Assembly (NCBI GenBank): GCA_005191425.1
Contig: SUPR01000006.1
Coordinates: forward strand, 30,001-62,000
Direction of reading: 5' to 3'
Origin: Candidatus Helarchaeota ASGARD archaeon Hel_GB_B
Lineage (GTDB): Archaea; Asgardarchaeota; Lokiarchaeia; Helarchaeales; HEL-GB-B
Length of the DNA stretch: 32,000 nt
A model generated the notes under the pieces. The model was not told the origin of the DNA, ran no database searches, and saw only the letters and a program-made list of their open reading frames with translations. Of this stretch, positions 18,225-27,780 are shown in pieces (the first letter of the stretch is position 1; every line of letters begins with the position of its first letter). Both the position numbers and the translations under genes were made by a program.

Positions 18225-19807
18225 TTGGTAGCTTTATTTTTGGGTTTATTAATGATAATATCATCATTCATTAATATAACAAATGTTCAATTACAAGGAA
18301 AACTGGTAACAATAGAAGTAAATAATAAAAAATGGGATGCTGGAGGAGTTCCACTCTGGAATTATTTTATTAATGCCAAAAATATTGATTTTAAAGATAT
18401 TGATAAAATGTTAGATCTTGGAAATGATGCAGTCGCAGAAATCGTAGTGGGTGGGATGAATATATCTTCCAATAAAGGTATTATATTAGTTCTAAATGGC
18501 TTAACTGGGGCAGTAGTCCGGATGAAACATGTTCCACATAAAGTCTCACAAATAATTGCAGTTCAAGATTATACTGGAGATAGTCAACAAGAAATAGTTT
18601 TTTTTGATAATAATTATGATGTACATTGCTTAAATGGTATAAATGGAAGTTATATTTGGAATTTTAAAGGAACAGCAATAATATATTATATTTCAGAAGG
18701 AGATGATGCTAATAATGGTGGATATAGGGATATATTGGTTGAGTTTGGGCCATTACATAAATTGTTCTGCTTAAATGGTCTTAGCGGCATTGAAATTTGG
18801 AATTCTACCTTTACTGATCAAGTTGTTAAAGTAAAGAAATTCCAAGATGTTAATAGCGATGGAATAAGTGAAGTAATGGTCGGTTAGGGTTTCATTAATC
18901 CAACATTTGTTAGTCATCTATATGGAAATACTGGAACTAAAATTTAGAATGTTTCTACAAAAGACCAAGTTTATGACCTTATATCAGTTCCCGATATTGA
19001 TAATGATGGATATAAAGATATAATATATTTAACATCGTCTATCGATCATCGAACTGTGGGTTTAAATTCTAGAACCGGAGCTGTAAAATGGAATGTAAGT
19101 GAACTGAAACAAGGAAATTCTCTTGAATATAATATTGATAATACGTTTTTTGATTGCGCAGGAAATTTACGAAATACTATAGATGGATCAAAAATTTCAG
19201 ATGTCGGATTGTTTGTAATACCCCACCTATTGTTTCAAATTTTAAAGGATTAGTTGCATCTGGAGATAATTGGGGCAAAATTCATGTCAGAAGTATTCAC
19301 AATGGAACAAGATTTATTTACAAAAAAGTAAGCGATTATCAAATAGAGGATTTAATAGCAAACATTGATGTTAATGAAAATGGTATAGACGATTTTATCT
19401 GGTCTGATAGTGGTGGAAGAGTTTCAGTTTTAAGTGGAGGCGTTGTTGGGCCAACATTAGGTTCACCAAAAGATAAAACAATAATTCGAGGCACTACAGG
19501 TAATGAAATTAAATGGTCTGTTATTACTAAATTACATAAATCACGAACAATAACTGAAAATAGACAATCTTATAGTTCAGGAAATTTAGTGGATGATACA
19601 TTGACATTAAATATTGATAATTTGGGTTTAGGTGTTCACGTAATTAATTTAACAGTTACTGATAAATATGATCTAATGAATTATGATATTGTCATGGTTA
19701 ATGTTCAAAATATGCCCATCACGGCGGCAATTCCTGGATTTGAAGTACTATACGCATTTTTAGCGATAATGTCTTTTGGATTATTATATATTTTCTTGAA
19801 AAAATGA
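18225..19807 (+). pseudogene. Disrupted cell-surface protein: FG-GAP-type beta-propeller, Ig-like domain and PGF-type C-terminal sorting signal
   Basis: Continuous repeat homology across in-frame TAGs at 18885-18887 and 18945-18947 and a frameshift near 19210-19240. Joins track ORFs 18225..18887, 19056..19253 and 19154..19807; ends IPGF-TM-KK. Confidence 0.8.
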
Positions 19808-20027
19808 TTTAAAATTTAAGATTTCTTATTAATTTTTTCTATTTTTTAATTGAATTTCTAAAACACATTAGAAAAATATTAAAAAGAAGTAAATGTAATT
19901 TATATCTACCGTAAATAAGAAAATCTAATGATATATTCCAGAATATAAAATTTGGAGATATTTCACAACTTTTTATAATAAAAAAAGTGGAAAATTTTTT
20001 AGAATTTAACTTTTACTTCTAAATAAT

Positions 20028-20240
20028 TTATTTTCCTTCATATTTAAATGAAAGTCTGGCTCTTACTCGGTAAAGAACTATTTTATTTTTGTCAATTTTT
20101 ACATCCATTTCTACTACTTCTGCAATCCTAAGATCACGAAGAGTTTTTGATGCTTCATCGATTAAATTCTTCATAGCATCTTCCCAAGATTTCTCAGAAG
20201 AGCCTACTAATTCTATAATTTTATAAACACTTTCAGTCAA
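20028..20240 (-). CDS. Dodecin family protein
   Basis: SVYKIIELVGSSEKSWEDA...ASKTLRDLRIAEV...YRVRARLSFKY. Likely TTG start at 20240 (70 aa) rather than 20276. Confidence 0.9.
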   Translation of the reverse strand: MTESVYKIIELVGSSEKSWEDAMKNLIDEASKTLRDLRIAEVVEMDVKIDKNKIVLYRVRARLSFKYEGK

Positions 20241-20417
20241 TTTTATCTTCTCACAACTTTTTGAAAATAAAAACAAAATAATATTGTGATATATTCTTAT
20301 ATTTATAATTTACTGAAAATTTAAGGAAAAATGCATTAATAAATTAAATTTAAAAAATTTATATTTAAAAATAAAACAATTTAGAACTAAATATATGAAA
20401 TCAAATGGACAAATCTT

Positions 20418-20678
20418 TTATTCATATAATTTAGAAAATGAATTTTCTAATTCTTCTTTTTCTTTATCAATTTTTTCTTGTAAATTTATCATACATTTTT
20501 CTATATATTCAATACAGTCTGATTCTATTGTTTTATCATTTATCTGGTTTGCTAAGTATCCAGCTTTTTTAAAAATTTCAGATGCTTTATCCCATTTTTC
20601 ATCTCTATAAAGACGCATTGCTTTTTGGAATAATTTATAGAGTTTAGTTTTGGTTTTATCATCTTTACTGTAATTCAT
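20418..20678 (-). CDS. Small all-helical (TPR-like) protein
   Basis: LFQKAMRLYRDEKWDKASEIFKKAGYLA resembles a TPR helix pair; 86 aa; ATG start divergent from the next gene. Confidence 0.65.
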   Translation of the reverse strand: MNYSKDDKTKTKLYKLFQKAMRLYRDEKWDKASEIFKKAGYLANQINDKTIESDCIEYIEKCMINLQEKIDKEKEELENSFSKLYE

Positions 20679-20755
20679 AAAATCAAGACCATCTTCAACA
20701 AAATTAAATTAATTTTTATAATAGTTAAATATTAATAATTCATAGATGATTAAAA

Positions 20756-21514
20756 ATGATTTCTGGTTGGAATATATTTTTTGCAATGATTTTTGAAATT
20801 TGCATTTCTTCCGGTATTATAATTATTTCGGGATTATTTATATATAAATATTTGAAAAATAGGACTAAACCAAGGCTTTATATGGCAATTACTATGATAT
20901 GGTGGATATTGAGTGGTGTCTTCACATCTTCAGGAAGAATTGTAAAATTTATGGATTTAATCAATACAGGGACTTTCTATTCATATACTGCACCAACTTA
21001 TGTACCAGATTTTTTTATAGTTATAGCATTGACTTGTTTTGCTATAGGAAACTCGTTTTTGATGATTTTTCTCCAGAATTTTTTTAAGAAAAGTAAAGTT
21101 CTGTTAATAATTTATTTAATAATTAATGCATTTGCTATAATTTCAATGTCTTGGTTATCATTTACAATAACTTATCTTGGAACAAATGCAGAACAAATTT
21201 TTACGGATATTTGGAGTTTTAATGCATTATGTACATTATTTGTTACAATTTATATGGCATTTATTTCATTTCGCAGTGCTTCAAGGACTAACAAAATGGT
21301 AATTAAAAGAGGAAGTCAATTTATAGGACTTTCTGGAGTTTTTATGTTATTTATTAACATTTTTTTTGTTCTTGATGAAATAATAACTCCTGGATTTGGC
21401 GGAGCATTTACTATTTTTTATTATCTTGCCTGGATTTTCGTAGTTTTGAGCGAGTTATTTGTGTACCTTGGTTTTATCCTCCCAAAATGGTTAAGAAGAC
21501 GCTGGGAAAAATAA
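20756..21514 (+). CDS. Seven-TM integral membrane protein
   Basis: Seven hydrophobic segments; C-terminal GFILPKWLRRRW. Confidence 0.8.
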   Translation: MISGWNIFFAMIFEICISSGIIIISGLFIYKYLKNRTKPRLYMAITMIWWILSGVFTSSGRIVKFMDLINTGTFYSYTAPTYVPDFFIVIALTCFAIGNSFLMIFLQNFFKKSKVLLIIYLIINAFAIISMSWLSFTITYLGTNAEQIFTDIWSFNALCTLFVTIYMAFISFRSASRTNKMVIKRGSQFIGLSGVFMLFINIFFVLDEIITPGFGGAFTIFYYLAWIFVVLSELFVYLGFILPKWLRRRWEK

Positions 21515-21554
21515 ATTTAAAAATCTCATCTATTTTTTTTATTCTGGTGATATT

Positions 21555-22961
21555 TTGAAAATAAAAGAGTATATTGACAAATTATTTCACCCAAAATCAA
21601 TTGCTATAATTGAGGCATCTACTAAAATTCCGTGGTACATTCAAGGCATTATTGAAAGAAATTTTGAGGGTAATCTATATTTGGTTTCTAAAAAAGAAGA
21701 TAATATTTTTGGAATTAAATGCTTTAAAGATATTTCAAAAATACCTGACAAAATAGACCTCGCAATAATAGCTGTTAATCGAAATAAACTGATTGACGTA
21801 ATAAAAAAATGTATAGAAAAACAATTTTTTAATTTACACATATTTTCAGCTGGACTTGGAGAATATGATGAGAAAGGTATTGAAATTGAAAATGAAATTT
21901 ACAATTTATTGAAAAATAGTAATACAAAAGCCATAGGACCGAATTGCATGGGAATTTATTCCACTGAAGGTAGACTCTCTTATAGCCCATATTTTTCAAA
22001 AGAAGAATGCAAAAAAAGATGCGTTTCATTTGTATCTCATTCCGGAGATTTAACTACACGATATGTTATCCGGACTAATGACTATGGGGTAAATTTTCAT
22101 AATGTTGCTAGTATAGGAAATTCTATTAGCTTAAAGTTTTCCGATTTTATTTCTTATTTTAGCGAAATCGATAGGGCAGATATAATTGCCGGTTATTTCG
22201 AGGGTTTTTCTCGGTTCAATGAATTGGAGGGTAAAATATTAATTGATATACTTAAAAAAAATAAAAAACCAATATTATTATTAAAAGGAGGGACCACATC
22301 CGATGGTAAAAGAGCTGTATCATCTCATACTGGGACAATTGCATCGAATTCTAACTTATGGAATTGTATTTTTAAGCAATCAAATGCCATTAAAATAGAA
22401 ACATATGAAGAACTCATCGATTCTACGATTGCTTTTTATTTTTGTAAAGAATATTACCCAACTGTAAAAAGTCTTCTTATAATTACTTGGAGCGGCGGTA
22501 AAGCTGTATTGGGAGTTGATCGGACTATAAATCTGGGAATAAAGGTACCAGAAATCCAAGAACCGACTAAAACAAAAATGAAATCCATGATCTCAATTGG
22601 GAGTATTTCAAACCCTCTTGACCTACCTTGGATTGGAAGATCTGAAAAATTTTCTGAAATATGTAAGTTAGCTATTAGCGAGCCCTATATTGGTGGAGTA
22701 ATTTTCGAAACATATGCACCCCGTCAATTTGATGAGAGATATGAAATCTATTTTCAAAATATTCTAAAAATATTCAATCATTGTAAAAATTATAAAAAAC
22801 CATTTTTAATGTCTTTACCCTTTGCAAATATAAAACAACGAGAAAAATTAAAAGAGAAATTTATTAAATATTCTATACCAATTTTCCCAAGTATAGAACG
22901 AGCCGCAAAAGCATTTTTAAATCTTTATTATTTTAAACATCATCAAAATAATGTAATTTAA
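21555..22961 (+). CDS. Second ACD alpha-subunit-like CoA-binding protein (divergent)
   Basis: PKSIAII, IGPNCMG, SHSG, SIGN, YFEG, AVSSHTG (phospho-His), SNPLDL; TTG start with GGTGA upstream; no ATP-grasp domain. Confidence 0.85.
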   Translation: MKIKEYIDKLFHPKSIAIIEASTKIPWYIQGIIERNFEGNLYLVSKKEDNIFGIKCFKDISKIPDKIDLAIIAVNRNKLIDVIKKCIEKQFFNLHIFSAGLGEYDEKGIEIENEIYNLLKNSNTKAIGPNCMGIYSTEGRLSYSPYFSKEECKKRCVSFVSHSGDLTTRYVIRTNDYGVNFHNVASIGNSISLKFSDFISYFSEIDRADIIAGYFEGFSRFNELEGKILIDILKKNKKPILLLKGGTTSDGKRAVSSHTGTIASNSNLWNCIFKQSNAIKIETYEELIDSTIAFYFCKEYYPTVKSLLIITWSGGKAVLGVDRTINLGIKVPEIQEPTKTKMKSMISIGSISNPLDLPWIGRSEKFSEICKLAISEPYIGGVIFETYAPRQFDERYEIYFQNILKIFNHCKNYKKPFLMSLPFANIKQREKLKEKFIKYSIPIFPSIERAAKAFLNLYYFKHHQNNVI

Positions 22962-23381
22962 AATTTTTACGTCTTGTAATAACAATTTTTAAGATAGATT
23001 ACCCATTTTGAAGCCTAAATTCACTTCAATTACAAATTTATTTTTGTGATATTACTCTAAATATTATAAATTTATTAAATAAAAATCATAAAAAGTAAAA
23101 TATATAGTTATTTAAATAATATATATGATTTTATATGATTTCTTTATTTTAAAATAAATTGAGATAATTAAAAATTAAAATAATGAAAGCAACGGAAATT
23201 AAAAAAACTCAAATATAATTAAATTATAAATTATTTCGTTCTTAGTTTTTCTTAATTCCATTGCAAAATATCTATGTGAATAGTAAATGATTTAAATAGA
23301 ATTTTCTAATTTTTTAAAAAATTTCTATAAAATTTTGTGAATCAGATATTTAGACGCAAATTTAAAATAATAGTGATTTTA

Positions 23382-24728
23382 ATGAACGAAGAAATCAAAC
23401 TTGTAGTGGCACAAGCTAGAAGTCGGGACGATAATCGAAATATAGTTAGAGTTAATGAGGATACTATGAATAGTATAGAGATATATACAGGAGACATAAT
23501 AGAAATTTCAGGAAATAGGACAACATGCTGCGTTGCATGGCCAGCATATCCGGAAGACCAAGAAAAAAAAATTATTAGATTAAATAAATGGACTATGACT
23601 AATGCTAAGGTAGAAGTGGGAAAAAAAGTGTCTATCAGGAAAGCATTTACAAAAAATGCCAATACAGTTGTTCTTGAGCCCATAAATATGAAACTAAAGG
23701 AAGACAATTATCTGGAAAGATTTATCCAAAGTAAATTGATAAATTATCCAATAATTGAAGGAGATATTGTTTTAGTTACTATTGGACTGAATAAAGAAAT
23801 TATTTTTAGAGTAAAAAAGACTTTACCAAAAGGTATTCTTGTAATTTCTACCAATACAAATATAAATATTATAAATAAAAAACAATTATATTTGAATTCG
23901 GATGATGACCTAAATAATTATGAAAATCTCGGAGGATTAAATGATAAAATTCGAGAATTACGAGAAATCATTGAAATACCAATTAATCACCCCGAGATCT
24001 ATGACTATCTAAATATTAGAAAATTCAAAGGAATTTTATTATATGGCCCATCTGGGTGTGGTAAAACATCTTTAATAAAATCAATAGTAGATCAAACGGC
24101 AGTTAATTTTATTTCGCTCAATTTTTTAGATATTTTTGGTAAATATGCCGAGGAATTTGAAAAAAAGTTAATAGATATTTTTAGAGAGGCTGTAAATAAC
24201 CAACCAACTATAATTCATATCCCAAATATTGATTTACTTGCTCCGAATAATCCTAATAATATATTAGTCCCTGAAAAAAGGGTCATTTCCTTAATTCTCG
24301 AATTAATAGATAAAATTGATCCAAAATATACTATATTTTTAATTGGTGAAACTAATGATATTAATGCAGTAAATCCCTCACTATTACAGCCTGGAAAATT
24401 TGATATCTTGATAAATATAGACAGACCAGACGAAAAAAAGAGACTTGAAATTTTAAAAAATTTGACTAAAAATGAATTTTTATATGATAAAATTGACTTT
24501 CATGAATTAGCAAGAATGACGGAAGGTTTTACTGGTGCATCACTTAAACTCATGATTGATAATGCAAAATTAAATGCAATTAAACGTAATTTCTCAAATA
24601 TCTTGGACATTCAAGAAGAAATATCCTTAGACCGACTCAATGGACTTAAAATTATAAGTGATGATTTTAATATATCTCTTAAAAAAATTAAAGAATTGAT
24701 GGCACTCAATAATTCCACTGAAAAATAA
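23382..24728 (+). CDS. Cdc48/VCP-like protein: N domain plus one degenerate AAA domain
   Basis: N domain LVVAQA..RDDNRNIVRV...GDIIEI...WPAYPED; Walker A GPSGCGKT; Walker B reads IIHIPNID; SRH reads NPSLLQPGKFD. ATG at 23382 (AGTGA upstream) preferred over 23337. Confidence 0.88.
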   Translation: MNEEIKLVVAQARSRDDNRNIVRVNEDTMNSIEIYTGDIIEISGNRTTCCVAWPAYPEDQEKKIIRLNKWTMTNAKVEVGKKVSIRKAFTKNANTVVLEPINMKLKEDNYLERFIQSKLINYPIIEGDIVLVTIGLNKEIIFRVKKTLPKGILVISTNTNINIINKKQLYLNSDDDLNNYENLGGLNDKIRELREIIEIPINHPEIYDYLNIRKFKGILLYGPSGCGKTSLIKSIVDQTAVNFISLNFLDIFGKYAEEFEKKLIDIFREAVNNQPTIIHIPNIDLLAPNNPNNILVPEKRVISLILELIDKIDPKYTIFLIGETNDINAVNPSLLQPGKFDILINIDRPDEKKRLEILKNLTKNEFLYDKIDFHELARMTEGFTGASLKLMIDNAKLNAIKRNFSNILDIQEEISLDRLNGLKIISDDFNISLKKIKELMALNNSTEK

Positions 24729-24796
24729 GAATGATAGAAATTTTTTTGAATATGTTAATACTAATTTAATTAAATAAATAAAAAAGTGGCGTTATA

Positions 24797-25294
24797 ATGA
24801 ATAAAAGTTCCCAATATCGATTAAAAATTAAACAACTTCAAGATATCTTTATAACAATCGATGGAATTTGGTTTTTAGAATGTGAAAAAAGATTTGGCTT
24901 TAAAAAAACGTTTGATATTGATTGTGAGGTTTGGAAGATTTTTGGAAAAATTATGATGAAGAGACTTAAAAAACAACAAAATATAGAAAATAATTGCACA
25001 ATAGATGAAGCTATCAGAATTTTAGAAATTTATTATGATTTAGAAGGTACTAATGCAATAATCAGTAAAGTTTCAGAGAAAGAATTCAAAATTATTGTTA
25101 AAAATTGCATCTGGTATAATAATTTAGTAAAATCAAACAGAGATCAAGTAGTAAGATGTGATGAAGTAGATAAACAGATATATCCAACATGGTTTAAGAT
25201 ATTAAATGAAGGTTTTGAACTAGAATTACTCAAGTCTATGCCAAGTGGAGATAATTTTTGTGAATTTAGAGTTAAGTTAGTAAATCCTAAATAG
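24797..25294 (+). CDS. DUF6125-like (V4R/ATC-hydrolase-like fold) protein
   Basis: DGIWFLECEKRFG...DCEVW N-terminus; KNCIWY, RCDEVD and FCEF cysteines. Confidence 0.7.
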   Translation: MNKSSQYRLKIKQLQDIFITIDGIWFLECEKRFGFKKTFDIDCEVWKIFGKIMMKRLKKQQNIENNCTIDEAIRILEIYYDLEGTNAIISKVSEKEFKIIVKNCIWYNNLVKSNRDQVVRCDEVDKQIYPTWFKILNEGFELELLKSMPSGDNFCEFRVKLVNPK

Positions 25295-25424
25295 AATTTT
25301 GTTTTGAAATCTTATTTTCTTTAATTATTTTTCCATAAATTTAATTGTTCATTAATAAAACTAGTTTTAACTTATTTTAAATGTATTTTTTACCATTTGT
25401 CCCTATTTATTTTTATTATCTCAA

Positions 25425-26153
25425 TTATTTTAATTTAAGAACATTTAAGAAACTCCAAAATATTAGAATTATCCCTATAATTATTGATATCGGCGATGTA
25501 ATATTTAAAAAATCAATTAATTGATCTAATATGGGATTAATGTTTAAATATCCAATTAAATTTTCATATCTAAATAAAAATCCAAGTCCAATAAATACAG
25601 CACCTGCCGATACTTTTAATGAATTATACCTAACCTCCCCCCCTGATTTTACAGCCAAATATAAATAAATAATTGGAAATATCGAAAATCCAGCAAATAT
25701 GAAAATAATAAAGATAATCTGAATGATACTAAATGTTTTTAATAATGATGGAGAAATAAAGACCATTATTATCATTACAATTAACATCAAAATAGAAAAA
25801 TAATAACCTTTATAATTTTTTGATTCATTTAATACTTTTTCTACATCATATACTTTTATTAAACAAGCCAAAAAAATTAATATATTAGATATTCTTTCTA
25901 CAATATCTTTAATCTCATAATCCCAATAATTATAATTAATTTTCCATATCAATATTATAATTGATGTTATTATTATTATTAGAAAAAAATACCCCCAAAT
26001 AATAATATTTCTTCTTGTCGTTCCATCATATTTTGTCTTCTTTTTATTATAATTATAAAGGACAATCATCAATAAAATTGATTCAATGATTATTACTGAA
26101 ATAAATAAATACACATTTGTATCGAAATATTGACTTACATATGATTGGACCAT
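25425..26153 (-). CDS. Seven-TM integral membrane protein
   Basis: About seven hydrophobic segments in 242 aa with short charged loops. Confidence 0.8.
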   Translation of the reverse strand: MVQSYVSQYFDTNVYLFISVIIIESILLMIVLYNYNKKKTKYDGTTRRNIIIWGYFFLIIIITSIIILIWKINYNYWDYEIKDIVERISNILIFLACLIKVYDVEKVLNESKNYKGYYFSILMLIVMIIMVFISPSLLKTFSIIQIIFIIFIFAGFSIFPIIYLYLAVKSGGEVRYNSLKVSAGAVFIGLGFLFRYENLIGYLNINPILDQLIDFLNITSPISIIIGIILIFWSFLNVLKLK

Positions 26154-26436
26154 TTAAATCATCTTCATTTTCTTTATTGTATTATATATATAAATGATTT
26201 TTGATTTTGAATGACTTATAATTTGGGAAAAAATATATGATTTTTATGATTTCTAAACAATATTGGAATATACACAAAAAATCTATAAAATCTATTGGTA
26301 ATTTTGCTAATTTAATTAATTAAATTTTTATTTTTTGAAAATTAATCATAAAAAGATTAAGTATTACAATAATAAGGGAAAAAACTCAATGAAAATCTGT
26401 ATCTGACTTAAATTTAATTCAATATATATCTTTAAT

Positions 26437-27456
26437 CTAAGATATTGATAATTCTCCTAATGCAATTCGACATAAATCAGTTATAAATAAAGGTATTAAT
26501 CCATTCTTTTCACATTGGGCTTTTAAAGTATCATAACACATTGGACATATAAATATCATCGCTTCAGCTCCATTGTCAAGAGCATCTTTAATATTTTTAT
26601 TTTGGTTCTCGATAGCTAATTCCTTTTTATTTAAGAAACCTAATAACGGTGCTTGACAACACATTGCATTCTCATAATCAAATTTTCTTTTAACACGTTC
26701 TACACCTATCAATCTAAAAATCTCGTCCAAAAAATCGTCTTTCTCAGGTGTTAATCTCGTTGAACATGATCTCTGAAATGCTATTTTCATTTTAAGTAAA
26801 TTTACTTTTTCTTTATTTTTTTGCAAATATCTCACAAGGTATTCATATAGATGAATTGGCTTGAATGGAACATCTATCCCAAATGCAGGTGCAAATTTCT
26901 GAAAAAAAAGATAACATTCGTCATGAAAACAGATCAATTCTTTGCTAATAAAGTTCTTTAACGCCTTTTTAACATTTTCAACAATCAATGGTGCCCTTTT
27001 TTCTATCAGGCTATATTGACCAGTATGCAAATAAATCAAATTACAAAAAACAGACCTTCCACCTATTAAAGTTAAATTTTCAAATAAATCTCCTTTAAAT
27101 AATTTACTATGACTTTTAAAAAACGCACATTGAGACATTAAAGGACCCTTGTTTTCCAAATTTAATGTAAATTCATATGGCTCATATTGTTTCTCTAACA
27201 TTTTAAGCAAATTTTTGTCAATATTAAATGTATTATTTATTTCCTGTAAACTTGCAATTAAATCAAAAGGATTTGCATTCTCTTTACAATACTCATTACA
27301 CGCATAACAAGTTACACATTCCGATAAAATAAATGAATCACCCAAATCTATCAAATTTATTATTTCCTTCTTTGCTTCTTCTAAATCTAAATCTAAATAA
27401 TTACATTTATATAAACATTCACCGCATCTTGTACACTTTTCTTGTATAAATCGCAT
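26437..27456 (-). CDS. Fe-S oxidoreductase (4Fe-4S dicluster plus CCG-type domains; HdrD/GlpC-like)
   Basis: CTRCGECLYKC and CVTCYACNEYC ferredoxin motifs; CFHDEC, RSC, MCCQ and CPMC in the C-terminal half. Confidence 0.85.
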   Translation of the reverse strand: MRFIQEKCTRCGECLYKCNYLDLDLEEAKKEIINLIDLGDSFILSECVTCYACNEYCKENANPFDLIASLQEINNTFNIDKNLLKMLEKQYEPYEFTLNLENKGPLMSQCAFFKSHSKLFKGDLFENLTLIGGRSVFCNLIYLHTGQYSLIEKRAPLIVENVKKALKNFISKELICFHDECYLFFQKFAPAFGIDVPFKPIHLYEYLVRYLQKNKEKVNLLKMKIAFQRSCSTRLTPEKDDFLDEIFRLIGVERVKRKFDYENAMCCQAPLLGFLNKKELAIENQNKNIKDALDNGAEAMIFICPMCYDTLKAQCEKNGLIPLFITDLCRIALGELSIS

Positions 27457-27780
27457 CTAATAAACACCTTAACAAAATTGTAATTAAATATACCATGTCT
27501 TTTATTTTTTAAGCAATATTTTAGCTATCTATGAAAATTTAAATTTAATCAAATAGATATTTTTCACTTTTTGAAATAAATAAATAATAACAAATTCACT
27601 TTTTTGGACTAATACAATAAAGTTATTAATTTCTAAATTTATTTTAAATATAATTAGGAAAAATTAAATTGATTTTTGGAAACTAGAAAATATAAATTTT
27701 TTATATAAATTTTAACTTTTTAATATGAAAATTTGATTTGGTTAAAATAAAATATTCGATGATAAAAAACAAAAAAATAA

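Noticed and set aside
18885-18947. Two in-frame TAG codons as pyrrolysine or amber recoding
   Set aside because: TAG is a normal stop elsewhere in the window (25292-25294, 26437-26439), one TAG sits at a conserved Trp (single TGG>TAG change) and the gene also has a frameshift. Decay or sequence error is simpler.
20756-26153. 7TM proteins as microbial rhodopsins
   Set aside because: Neither has a retinal-binding Lys (DxxxK or SxxxK) in helix 7.
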